From an uncultured bacterium (GTDB lineage: Bacteria; UBP14; UBA6098), in contig CAYNTG010000004.1 of assembly GCA_964400105.1 (NCBI GenBank), positions 1 through 56,435 of the forward strand: 56,435 bases of DNA. Reading direction: 5' to 3'. The notes under the pieces were generated by a model that saw only the letters and a list, made by a program, of their open reading frames with translations, searched no databases and had not been told where the DNA came from. A program made the translations under genes and the position numbers. Shown piece after piece: positions 9,101-17,246 of this stretch. How positions within the stretch are numbered: position 1 is the first letter of the stretch; each line of letters opens with the position of its first letter.

Positions 9101-10194
9101 CCGCTGTTTATTCTGAGGGCGAGAGCGAGCCGATCAGCACGACCACCTGGCTCAACCCGGACTCATCGACCGCCGACATCCTTATCTGGGATTACGATAA
9201 CGGCGCGTTGCTCGCCAATCAGGGCGATATGGACGAGGCGGAGTTCCTTCGCCAACGGATATCGGTTTATGACCTCGAGGTCGCGGTGACCTCGCAGGAC
9301 CAGAACCTTCCCGATGTGGATTTCTTTGCATATCGCGCGATCATTCTCCTCACCGGAATCGACGACGATACCGATGCGGTGCCGAATAATCCGAGTATAA
9401 ACAGGCTCACGCGATATATCGTTGCCGGTGGAAGGGTCTATAGCGAGGGCGCGGATTTCGGTTACGATTTTGGCCGCGAGGCCAGCCCGACAGCGCGCAA
9501 AAACCTATTTAGACTATTCGGCGCGACCTACGCTGCAGACGGATATACCAGAACGAGCGGAAATGTCCAATCGCTATTAGGCGAAAATACATCCTTCTTC
9601 AGGGAGGGTGTCGTGAATATCGGCTACGACTTCCAGGGAGCGGCCGATCAGCGCATCGACGAATGGGACACGACCGAGATCGCCGAGGGAACCACATGGG
9701 CGATGTTCTCACAAGACGATCCGGCGCCGCTTTTAAGCCCGCTTCGGATGGTCTATCGGGAGATGTATGCTTGGAAGACGGTTCTGTCGAGCGTCTATAT
9801 CGGCGCGATGAACGACATAGCGCCGCCATCGACGCGCCAGTATGTCATCGCCGCAATCCTCAACTTCCTGTTGGGAACGGACTACCGCCTCATCGAGGAG
9901 TCGAAGTATAGGCTCCCGGAGAACCTCGCGATTGCAGCATCGCCGAACCCATTCAACGCGGCCTCTAAACTTTCACTAGAGATCGACGAGCCTGGTCGCG
10001 TCGTGCTGACGATTTTCGACATCACCGGCAGGCCGGTAACGACTCTCTCGGACGGATATGTCGCGGCGGGATTCTACTCCGCAACATGGGATGGAACCTC
10101 CATCTCCGGGACCAAGCTCCCGAGCGGGATTTATTTCGCAATTCTAAAGCACGGCGACCGGGTCGTGCGGACGAATATGACGCTGATTAAATAG
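6118..10194 (+). CDS. large secreted multidomain T9SS cargo protein, paralogue of 2231-5890 (3x unassigned module, Ig-like, CarboxypepD_reg-like, FN3, pre-CTD module, type-A CTD)
   Basis: The ORF track starts at 6019, but that N-terminus lies inside the repeat. ATG 6118 follows AAGGGGG and gives signal peptide MELSFKSIAIAILAIGLVCFA. FN3-like NPPRNLAG...VILEWDEP...YNAYRQ...YTYLVTAVYSEGESEP. CTD ASPNPFNAASKLSLEI...LTIFDITGRPV...WDG...SGIYFAIL...MTLIK. Confidence 0.85.
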   Translation: MELSFKSIAIAILAIGLVCFAEPWTADLTLTDGSYTLDLTFGRLDGALDLLDGEDDVLAIPPPTGSYAYFELDDPANPYITMLYGDIRPDDGDSALWVAHLISAAASLDASWIPALLPPGDFHIGAHYPLEDVTEWVNMKEVATLDYSIGMVLDIVHDPDGYYPEDSPVFSNWYPYDGATAIPVTGTIRFDVTDEGSGIDPASIEMTVDGADVSAEIELSPIEGGYRVTYDPPSPLHGESWISVIVSAADNAYVPNVSSDVIAFRTGYSIEPVLWEIPLTAYNIDGTDTGFSDISLGADPDAEATFDMGYDILFPMAPPTVFYAFFPLDDPDYPFYTMLSRDIRSSDLFFDEWPLRFGNTDDIIGVKWDTDDIPSDKDAFIAVTFISVYPEEGDWWDMTVIDHIDFGPGRQAWIKVLSPSGDTLSPQVVFTDPADGETGVAVSTEIWAGIVDAGGGVDPTSITMLVDGVDASPYLIISHSSETTFVRYIPSADFDPLHTAEVTIGVDDLADPPNHADYTWHFVTGYFLTPAWMGSLFVWTDEPEEPLRHFSLFFGADSMATDSFDYGLDQQQPPAPPGDTPYGFFQIEDDMWGRLSRDIRSSEDDDIMWVAMMMRIPVDDEIDSWIDWDSDCLPEDGSFHCAWWITGDTVWENMRTTDRVDISTPGIFLIHFTRGVPPTYCVAGTVQTGEGDPIEGASVWISEELNAISDSIGFYEICGVTIGEWTIITSLEDYSTDSTNIYFDADQMYNPVLYPVIVPSATVHGMISCSDGGDPEGAMVILDGDTTYADSTGYYAFEEVPDGIYTMFVSLEYYVTQEREISVDAPDITEDFVLDRQVGRIVGTITLSDDPPNLSGTAIELIGTSIPAVYTNSDGEYLISDVPFGEYDVRISRTSYATLDTTFSLLVAEDTLDAELQSEFVLNPPRNLAGRTPYDKRVILEWDEPEASTAHLEGYNAYRQVVFSDDTLLAYIPDPYTEFVEWDRINFMPYTYLVTAVYSEGESEPISTTTWLNPDSSTADILIWDYDNGALLANQGDMDEAEFLRQRISVYDLEVAVTSQDQNLPDVDFFAYRAIILLTGIDDDTDAVPNNPSINRLTRYIVAGGRVYSEGADFGYDFGREASPTARKNLFRLFGATYAADGYTRTSGNVQSLLGENTSFFREGVVNIGYDFQGAADQRIDEWDTTEIAEGTTWAMFSQDDPAPLLSPLRMVYREMYAWKTVLSSVYIGAMNDIAPPSTRQYVIAAILNFLLGTDYRLIEESKYRLPENLAIAASPNPFNAASKLSLEIDEPGRVVLTIFDITGRPVTTLSDGYVAAGFYSATWDGTSISGTKLPSGIYFAILKHGDRVVRTNMTLIK

Positions 10195-10200
10195 AACCGA

Positions 10201-10593
10201 ATGCGAAGCGGGATTCTATTATTGATTATCGCGATTTCGGTATCGGCGCTCACCGCCGATGCCGAAGTCGCGGTCGAGGACACCATTTCGACATCGTATT
10301 TTATCAACCACGCGGTAATCGACACGGTGGTTTCGCATCCTCATCTTTACTGGGTCGTAATCGGCAACCTTATGAGCGTGGCCGGATTGTATCTATCGAC
10401 CTCCGGCAATGAGCCGGTAGGCGAAACAACATCGATAAGGGCAATCGGTATCGGGGTCTCCGTGAGCGGGTTTATAGCAACGCTCTATGGATACCTTGCA
10501 ACCGAAAGACATCCGGTTTTAACGCTTAACCCGATCCCGGAGGATTCAGATTCCGTCCTTATCAAAAGGGATCTCCTTTTCGATAAGGAATGA
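10201..10593 (+). CDS. small membrane/secreted hypothetical protein
   Basis: 130 aa with signal-like N-terminus MRSGILLLIIAISVSALTADA and two further hydrophobic segments. It starts 6 nt after the preceding gene, so it is probably co-transcribed. Confidence 0.5.
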   Translation: MRSGILLLIIAISVSALTADAEVAVEDTISTSYFINHAVIDTVVSHPHLYWVVIGNLMSVAGLYLSTSGNEPVGETTSIRAIGIGVSVSGFIATLYGYLATERHPVLTLNPIPEDSDSVLIKRDLLFDKE

Positions 10594-10627
10594 ATCGGTG
10601 TAATTCGCGTGGGATATCGAATTCGAG

Positions 10628-10657
10628 GGCGGGTCGAAGAAATCGGCTCGCCTTTTT
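10628..10657 (+). terminator. rho-independent terminator
   Basis: GGCGGGTCG-aagaaat-CGGCTCGCC, 9 bp with two G.U pairs, followed by TTTTT. Confidence 0.55.
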
Positions 10658-10716
10658 AACATTATTTTTATTAATGCTTGACTATCATTCTCGCAAATAT
10701 TAATTAAAGAGCTATC

Positions 10717-11295
10717 TTGGATATCAGATGTGTAATAGGTCTCGGTAATCCGGGCGCGGAATATTCCTCGACGCGGCACAACGTCGGTTTCATGGTCGTG
10801 GACGATCTCGCTATGCGTTTTGGGCGAAGGTTCAAGGCCGGGAAAGGTGCCTTTTTTTTGGCCGAAGCATCGCGAAAATTTCCCGCAGTTCTGGTAAAGC
10901 CGACGACGTTCATGAATCGTTCCGGGATCGCCGTTCGACAGATTCTGCGGGCGAAGGGGATTTCTCACGAAGAAATCCTCGTTGTTTCCGACGACATGGA
11001 GCTTCCTTTCGGGAGGCTCCGGATTCGCAAATTCGGATCGGCCGGCGGCCATAACGGATTGAAGGATATAATTATGCGGCTTGAAAGCGATGACTTCCCC
11101 CGGCTGAGGATCGGCATAGATCGCCCACAGGGAAATCGCGACGGTGCCGACTATGTCCTATCGAAATTCGACCGGGCCGAAGCGAAGGAATTGCCATTTA
11201 TCGTCCGAAGGGCATCCGAGGCGGTCGAGACCACTATTTTTCAGGGGTTAGAGGCCGCGATGAACGAATTTAACCGAATTAAAGAAAACGAATAG
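10717..11295 (+). CDS. pth: peptidyl-tRNA hydrolase
   Basis: 192 aa. N-terminal VIGLGNPGAEYSSTRHNVGF is the Pth signature. TTG start codon at 10717. Confidence 0.9.
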   Translation: MDIRCVIGLGNPGAEYSSTRHNVGFMVVDDLAMRFGRRFKAGKGAFFLAEASRKFPAVLVKPTTFMNRSGIAVRQILRAKGISHEEILVVSDDMELPFGRLRIRKFGSAGGHNGLKDIIMRLESDDFPRLRIGIDRPQGNRDGADYVLSKFDRAEAKELPFIVRRASEAVETTIFQGLEAAMNEFNRIKENE

Positions 11296-11325
11296 AACAG
11301 ATCGCTATTTAAAGGGAATAAAACT

Positions 11326-13356
11326 ATGATTTATGCTCCAATCGTAGGTATTTTTGGTTTGATCTTCGCCGGTATTATCTTTCTTTATGTGAAGAAGCAA
11401 CCAGCCGGAACCGATCTCATGAAGGAGATCGCCGAGTCAATCCATCACGGTGCACTTGTCTTCCTGCGAAGGGAATATTCGGCGCTGATCGTCTTCGTCG
11501 TGGCGGTCTTCGCGCTTCTGACGATCTTTCTTCGCAAAGAGGCGGTGCCAAATCTCGGAATCTTCACCGCTATTTCTTTCCTCGCCGGTGCCGGATGCAG
11601 TATGTTGGCCGGTTTTCTCGGGATGTCTTCCGCAACCATCGCCAACGTTCGCACATCGTGGGCAGCGAAGCAGCATGGCCAGGGGCCGGCGCTTCGGATA
11701 GCCTTCTTCGGCGGCAGCGTAATGGGATTGTCGGTCGCGTCACTCGGCCTTGTCGGGGTCGGAGTCCTCTTTTTGATATTCGCCGACGATCCGATGGCGT
11801 CGTCGATCATCACAGGTTTTGCTATGGGCGCCAGCTCGATAGCGCTGTTCGCGAGGGTCGGTGGTGGGATTTTCACCAAAACCGCCGATATCGGTGCGGA
11901 TCTGGTCGGTAAATTGGAGGAAAATATCCCCGAGGACGACCCGCGAAACCCCGCAACTATCGCGGACAACGTCGGCGATAATGTCGGCGACGTCGCGGGG
12001 ATGGGCGCGGATATATTCGAGAGCTATGTCGGCGCGATAATCGCCACGATCTCGATAGCCGCTACGGCATCGATAGCGATGGCCGCCGGAAATCCGGTCG
12101 CCATGGATATTATCGCGAATCGCACGGCGTATATGGGCTTCCCAATCACGGTCGTGACTATCGGACTTATTGCGAGCATAATCGGCATACTCTTTCTCCG
12201 GGTTCTGGAGAGGATTTCACCCGCCGCTGCGCTTCGATATACCGCTTACCTCTCAAACGTGCTGCTACTGGGCGGCACCGCAATCGCGGTTCATGTTTTA
12301 GGATTACACATCAACGTCTTTTGGTCAATACTTTGCGGAACGACCGTCGGCATTGCAATCGGGCTTATCGCGGAGTATTACACCAGCGGAAAACCGGTCC
12401 TCAAGATCGCTAAATCGAGCGAAACCGGAGCCGCGACTAATATCATAACCGGTGTCGCTTACGGGATGGAATCTACGCTCCTGCCGATAATCGCTATCTG
12501 TATCGCGATTTATGTGAGCTATCATCTTTCCGGGCTTTACGGCATCGGGATCGCCGCTGTCGGGATGCTCGCGACGGTCGGGATCACGATGAGCGTCGAT
12601 GCTTACGGCCCGATTGCCGACAACGCAGGCGGAATTACCGAGATGAGCGGCCTCGGCGATGATGTTCGCAAGATCACCGACAGCCTCGACTCGCTCGGCA
12701 ACACCACTGCGGCGATGGGCAAGGGATTCGCTATCGGAAGCGCGGCGCTCACCGCGCTGGCGTTGTTCTCGGCATATACGCAGGCTACCGGCCTTAAGTC
12801 CATCGACATCACCAAACCACTGGTGGTTATCGGCTTGCTCTTCGGTGGCATGATTCCATTCCTCTTTGCGAGCCTGACGCTTCGGAGCGTCGGGAAGGCG
12901 GCTTTCGAGATGGTGAATGAGGTTCGCCGTCAGTTCCGCGAGATAACCGGGCTTCTCGAGGGCAAGGCCAAGCCCGATGTGAAGCGCTGCATCGATATAT
13001 CGACACGCGCAGCCCTCAAAGAGATGATCCTCCCCGGCCTTATCGCCGTATCCATACCCGTGATAGTAGGATTCCTGCTCGGTGCCGAGGCGCTCGGCGG
13101 GATGCTCGCCGGCACAACGCTTTCCGGTGTAATGCTTGCGCTGTTCATGGCCAATTCCGGCGGCGCGTGGGATAATGCGAAAAAGTTTATCGAGAGCGGC
13201 AAGCTCGGCGGCAAAGGGTCTCCCGCGCACGCCGCAGCCGTTGTCGGAGACACGGTTGGCGACCCATTCAAGGACACATCCGGCCCATCGATGAATATCC
13301 TCATCAAACTGATGAGTGTCGTAAGCCTCGTGCTCGCCCCGCTTTTCATGTCATAG
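11326..13356 (+). CDS. hppA: membrane-integral pyrophosphate-energised ion pump (K+-dependent type by motif)
   Basis: 676 aa and very hydrophobic. M-PPase motifs [25 protein letters not shown] and [26 protein letters not shown] carries Ala rather than Lys at the A/K position, which is associated with K+ dependence. Confidence 0.95.
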   Translation: MIYAPIVGIFGLIFAGIIFLYVKKQPAGTDLMKEIAESIHHGALVFLRREYSALIVFVVAVFALLTIFLRKEAVPNLGIFTAISFLAGAGCSMLAGFLGMSSATIANVRTSWAAKQHGQGPALRIAFFGGSVMGLSVASLGLVGVGVLFLIFADDPMASSIITGFAMGASSIALFARVGGGIFTKTADIGADLVGKLEENIPEDDPRNPATIADNVGDNVGDVAGMGADIFESYVGAIIATISIAATASIAMAAGNPVAMDIIANRTAYMGFPITVVTIGLIASIIGILFLRVLERISPAAALRYTAYLSNVLLLGGTAIAVHVLGLHINVFWSILCGTTVGIAIGLIAEYYTSGKPVLKIAKSSETGAATNIITGVAYGMESTLLPIIAICIAIYVSYHLSGLYGIGIAAVGMLATVGITMSVDAYGPIADNAGGITEMSGLGDDVRKITDSLDSLGNTTAAMGKGFAIGSAALTALALFSAYTQATGLKSIDITKPLVVIGLLFGGMIPFLFASLTLRSVGKAAFEMVNEVRRQFREITGLLEGKAKPDVKRCIDISTRAALKEMILPGLIAVSIPVIVGFLLGAEALGGMLAGTTLSGVMLALFMANSGGAWDNAKKFIESGKLGGKGSPAHAAAVVGDTVGDPFKDTSGPSMNILIKLMSVVSLVLAPLFMS

Positions 13357-13513
13357 ATATGGGGAGGGTCTTAGGCCCTCCCGCGACGTAGCGACACCGA
13401 CAGAAACCATTTTTCGCGGCCCCGGCGGCAAAATCGCCCTTGCATTGCGTAAAACCAGAAGATATATTTACATCGTTATTCACCGATATTCAATTTGGGA
13501 AAAAAGGAATAAG

Positions 13514-14737
13514 ATGGGCAAGGTAAAAGATAATACCGAAATCCAGGGATTGACGCATTTTCATGTCCGGGGTTTTAAATCTATATACAATGCTTCTATC
13601 GAACCCGGTTATCTAAATGTGATAATCGGTGCGAACGGTGCGGGAAAATCGAATCTTCTCGAAGCTCTTGGAGTGATGGGGTCAGCCGTTTATGGTTCGA
13701 TAGATCAAGATACTTTGGAACGTCGTGGCGTTAGATTAGGGAAACCCGCTATCTATAAATCCGCGTTTAAAAGCGAAAAGCTCAGGCCATTTATTACATT
13801 AGAAGCTAAATGGAAAGAAAACGAGACGGATGTTTGCTATAGGATCGGTATGGGTAACCCATTGAAGCAACCACAGAAGAGGTGGTATTACAAAACAGAG
13901 AGTTTGGAGATAAACGGTAAACCTAAGGTTACAAGAAGTCCACGGTCGGGAGCTATATTTGGAGAAAAAAAAGAATTAGATCCGTTCAAAGGCCTTGTGG
14001 CGCTTGCACGAGTGGATAAAGATTTTTCAGAACAGGCTTCTGCATTTTTAAATGCTCTGGAGGACTACGTTATTTATATGCCGACAACACCAGTATTGCG
14101 CGGCGTTCAACAGGATGGACTCGGTATATACGGTGGAAATCTACCCGCAGCGGTATTAGAGATTATACGTATGCATCATAATCGCCAGATTGATCTCAAT
14201 ATAGTATTTCCGCTTATTGATTGGATGGAGACTTTCAGCTCCGGTATTGCCCCAGATATAACTAAACCACCTGATAATTCTGTTTCAAAGCGCACAGTTA
14301 CTTTCACCGATAAATACATGAGAAAAGGAAGGAATATTTTAACCTCATACGACGCGAGCGAAGGAGCTTTATTCGTTCTTTTCCTTTTATCCGCTATTTA
14401 TAGCAAAAAAATGCCGAGAATGTTCGCTATCGATAATTTCGATTCCGGAATCAACCCCAGGTTATTGAAGGACATTGTAGGGATTGTCTCTAACATACTT
14501 ATTAAGAAAAACACGGAAGGCAAGCAAGTATTTCTTACGTGTCACAATCCACTCGTATTAGACGGGTTGCCTCTCTACGACGATAGAATCCGTTTATTCG
14601 CATTAGACAGGGATAAAAAGGGCCGAACGACTATTACGCGAATAGAAGTAGACGAATCCCTTTATAAAGATAACGATGTTCCCTTATCTACCCTTTGGAC
14701 AATGGGCGCAATTGGTGGTGTTCCCAAGGGGTTTTAA
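13514..14737 (+). CDS. ABC-type (AAA_15/AAA_21-like, RecF/SMC-like) ATPase, candidate defence-module subunit A
   Basis: The ORF track starts at TTG 13445. ATG 13514 with an AAGGA RBS is preferred (407 aa). Walker A GANGAGKS (K45), signature-like SEG (282-284), Walker-B-like MFAID307-N308, H-loop-like TCH344NP. Visibly AT-richer than its neighbours. Confidence 0.8.
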   Translation: MGKVKDNTEIQGLTHFHVRGFKSIYNASIEPGYLNVIIGANGAGKSNLLEALGVMGSAVYGSIDQDTLERRGVRLGKPAIYKSAFKSEKLRPFITLEAKWKENETDVCYRIGMGNPLKQPQKRWYYKTESLEINGKPKVTRSPRSGAIFGEKKELDPFKGLVALARVDKDFSEQASAFLNALEDYVIYMPTTPVLRGVQQDGLGIYGGNLPAAVLEIIRMHHNRQIDLNIVFPLIDWMETFSSGIAPDITKPPDNSVSKRTVTFTDKYMRKGRNILTSYDASEGALFVLFLLSAIYSKKMPRMFAIDNFDSGINPRLLKDIVGIVSNILIKKNTEGKQVFLTCHNPLVLDGLPLYDDRIRLFALDRDKKGRTTITRIEVDESLYKDNDVPLSTLWTMGAIGGVPKGF

Positions 14738-15432
14738 TGAAGCATGTTAAACTGATAATGGAGGGAACTACCGATTGGGCCTATTTTAAGCCTTTTATCG
14801 AAGCTGTTGTCGGTGAGGAAATAGAATACGATCCCTTAAATCCTAATTTAGATAGAGCCACAGAAAAACATGATCGAGAATCAAAGGGGTGCCTAGGCGT
14901 AAAGAGAATGTGCGAGAAGCTTGGGGGTGGTTTTCTCAGGATTATTGATTATGTTAAGAACCCTCCTTGTGATGCTATAGTTATTCACCTTGACGCAGAT
15001 GTAGCCGGGAGATCAGATTTTCAAAGTATGGGTGTTCGAAATTGCCCCTGTCCACCCGCAATTGACACATGCAATTCAATTAGAGAACTCGTAAAAGAAT
15101 GGATAGGTTACGACGCAAACGACGATCTTTTTAAGAAAATAATTATTGTGATTCCCTCAAAGGCTACCGAAGCGTGGTTAGGAATTATCGATAACGGTCT
15201 TTTTATAAACGAGTGCACTAAAGATCCCGCGGGTGAATTAGTGAAAGCTGGTAAATTGAAAAACGATCGAAATGAGGAAGGCAAAATCATAAAGCACTCA
15301 TGGCAATTTGCGCAGTATGCCAAAAAACATTTCGTTAATAATCCCGGCCAATCGATATCTAAACTCGAGGGCGTCAGCGAGGAAGCAAGTAATTTCATTA
15401 TTTCATTGAGGAGTGTTTTAAGTAGCCGATAA
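14737..15432 (+). CDS. Toprim-signature protein (DUF4276-like by recollection), candidate defence-module subunit B
   Basis: The ORF track starts at 14695. ATG 14737 overlaps the upstream TAA by 1 nt (TAATG). 231 aa. KLIMEGTTD (E9-G-x-x-D13) and IHLDADVAG (D86-x-D88-x-x-G91) match the two Toprim motifs. SKATEAWLG occurs later. Cys cluster NCPCPPAIDTC. Confidence 0.6.
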   Translation: MKHVKLIMEGTTDWAYFKPFIEAVVGEEIEYDPLNPNLDRATEKHDRESKGCLGVKRMCEKLGGGFLRIIDYVKNPPCDAIVIHLDADVAGRSDFQSMGVRNCPCPPAIDTCNSIRELVKEWIGYDANDDLFKKIIIVIPSKATEAWLGIIDNGLFINECTKDPAGELVKAGKLKNDRNEEGKIIKHSWQFAQYAKKHFVNNPGQSISKLEGVSEEASNFIISLRSVLSSR

Positions 15433-15505
15433 CGATAGGATCGCCCGTACGAATCGAATTGAAAATTTGGCCGTAGGGGTCGGGGAAATCGGCTCCGTGG
15501 CCGAC

Positions 15506-15552
15506 GTCGGGCCGGACCGTGCTAAATCGCATGAACCGTGGTCCGGCCCGAC
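15506..15552. other. long GC-rich hairpin in the islet/DUF1015 spacer
   Basis: GTCGGGCCGGACC (15506-15518) pairs perfectly with GGTCCGGCCCGAC (15540-15552), with a 21-nt loop. There is no T tract. It lies in a GC-rich ~170-bp segment that contrasts with the AT-rich genes to the left. Confidence 0.5.
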
Positions 15553-15695
15553 GGCCCGACAAGCCATGCTCATCGGCCGACACCCAATCACCCTGGATAC
15601 CAAACAATAATCGTTCAAAATCCCCTTTACATTTCCACTTTGGTAGATAATTTATTGATTCGATCTCGAATCTTATTAAATCGAAAGGAAATATA

Positions 15696-16940
15696 ATGGT
15701 CGATGTAAGACCCTTTAAGGGATTACGCCCAAAACCGGTAAATGCCGAAAAGGTGGCGAGTCCGCCATACGATGTCTTGTCCAGTGAAGAGGCATGCAGA
15801 CTTGCGACGGAAAACCCGCTGAGCTTCCTTCATGTCGTGAAACCGGAGATAGACCTCCCACAAGGCACGGACCTATATTCGGATAAGGTCTATAATCAGG
15901 GAGCCACCAACCTTCATAGGCTGATTAACGCCGGATATATGTGCCGGGACTCGCAGCCAAGATACTATCTATACAGGCAGATAATGGGAGACCACAAACA
16001 GGTCGGTCTTGTCGCCGTGGCCAGCGTAACCGAATACGACGACGGCATAATAAAAAAGCACGAGCTTACCCGCAAAAAGAAAGAGGACGACCGAACCCGC
16101 CATATCGACACGCAAAACGCGCAGTCCGGGCCGGTATTTCTGACATATAAACACAGCGATCGAATCGATAATGTCATCGAAAAGGCTATTTCTGAAAAGC
16201 CGGTTGTGGATTTTGTTGCCGAAGATGGCGTCTGTCATACATTGTGGATCGTGAACGATATAGAGATCGAAGAGTCGATTCGCGAAGGCTTTAACGGCAT
16301 AGATGCTCTTTACATCGCCGATGGCCACCACCGAAGCGCAAGCGCAAGCCGCGTTCGGAAAAACCGCATGGAAAAGAACCCGGATCACACCGGCGAAGAG
16401 GAATATAATTTCTTCCTATCCGTTATATTCCCGGATAACCAGATGAAGATTCTGGATTATAACCGCATTGCGAAAGACCTCAACGGCCTTTCTGAAGAAC
16501 AATTCATCGAGAAAATCTCCGAAAAGTTCGATGTTGAAAAAGCAGCCACCGAGGCATATAAACCAAAAAAACTCCATGAATTCGGGATGCTTCTCAATGG
16601 CTATTGGTTCCGGCTTCAGACAAAGGAAGGTTCGTTCGATCTGGACGACCCCGTCGCATCGCTCGATGTCGCTATCCTTCAGGATAACCTTCTCGCGCCG
16701 GTGCTCGGTATCGGCGATCCGCGGACAGACGAGCGTATCGATTTCGTCGGCGGAATCCGCGGACTTGGCGAGCTTGAAAAGCGTGTCGATACCGGAGAAT
16801 GGAAGATCGCGTTCGCCCTGTTCCCAACCGGCATCGACCAGCTAATGGCCATCGCCGACGCAGGGAAAACTATGCCGCCCAAAAGCACATGGTTCGAGCC
16901 GAAGCTCCGTAGCGGAATGGTCGTTCATCTGCTGGATTAA
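15696..16940 (+). CDS. DUF1015 family protein
   Basis: 414 aa. N-terminus VRPFKGLRPKPVNAEKVASPPYDVLSSEEA and ...YIADGHHRSASA... match my recollection of the conserved DUF1015 family. Confidence 0.8.
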   Translation: MVDVRPFKGLRPKPVNAEKVASPPYDVLSSEEACRLATENPLSFLHVVKPEIDLPQGTDLYSDKVYNQGATNLHRLINAGYMCRDSQPRYYLYRQIMGDHKQVGLVAVASVTEYDDGIIKKHELTRKKKEDDRTRHIDTQNAQSGPVFLTYKHSDRIDNVIEKAISEKPVVDFVAEDGVCHTLWIVNDIEIEESIREGFNGIDALYIADGHHRSASASRVRKNRMEKNPDHTGEEEYNFFLSVIFPDNQMKILDYNRIAKDLNGLSEEQFIEKISEKFDVEKAATEAYKPKKLHEFGMLLNGYWFRLQTKEGSFDLDDPVASLDVAILQDNLLAPVLGIGDPRTDERIDFVGGIRGLGELEKRVDTGEWKIAFALFPTGIDQLMAIADAGKTMPPKSTWFEPKLRSGMVVHLLD

Positions 16941-16960
16941 ATCCATTATTTATATGGGAA

Positions 16961-16988
16961 AAAGCCCTCGTGTTCGAGGGCTTTTTTT
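16961..16988 (+). terminator. rho-independent terminator
   Basis: AAAGCCCTCG-tgtt-CGAGGGC followed by seven T, 21 nt after the stop codon. Confidence 0.8.
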
Positions 16989-17157
16989 CGCTATACAGTG
17001 CCGGCGTCGGCACCACGAGATAATAATCTCGTGGCACCGGCGAGCCGCAGCGAAGATTTTTACTCCATCGACGATATCGCGATGCGGCTCGCCGTTCCGA
17101 CGTGCCGATAGGCACGTCGGGCCGACGCCACCCGGGCGGAAATTGCGATAGTTTGGG

Positions 17158-17186
17158 TTGACATCCATATCGCCGGAGCATATATT
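17158..17186 (+). promoter_or_regulatory. near-consensus sigma70 promoter of phoH2
   Basis: TTGACA (17158-17163), 17-nt spacer, TATATT (17181-17186). It lies about 60 nt upstream of ATG 17247. Confidence 0.55.
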
Positions 17187-17246
17187 TTGGAGCTAACAAA
17201 CTCCGCCGGTGAACGACACAGGATGATCCCCAAATGGAAGGTTTCG

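Noticed and set aside
12325-13230. 301-aa minus-strand ORF inside hppA
   Set aside because: Shadow ORF antisense to an unambiguous membrane pyrophosphatase gene.
13445-13513. TTG start at 13445 for the islet ATPase (and 14695 for its partner)
   Set aside because: The extensions add basic low-complexity residues with no RBS. ATG 13514 has an AAGGA RBS. ATG 14737 gives classic TAATG stop-start coupling and places the Toprim Glu at the expected N-terminal position.
13357-15695. Direct repeats or att sites flanking the ATPase/Toprim islet
   Set aside because: Only 7-mers (atcgccc, tttacat) are shared between the two flanks, which is not distinguishable from chance. No integrase or tRNA is adjacent. 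Mobility is therefore inferred only from composition and context.
15506-17119. Shared 11-mer ACGTCGGGCCG between the 15.5-kb hairpin and the 17.1-kb hairpin cluster, as possible evidence of a repeat family
   Set aside because: An 11-nt match is expected many times by chance in a 56-kb GC-rich window, and the surrounding sequence does not align.
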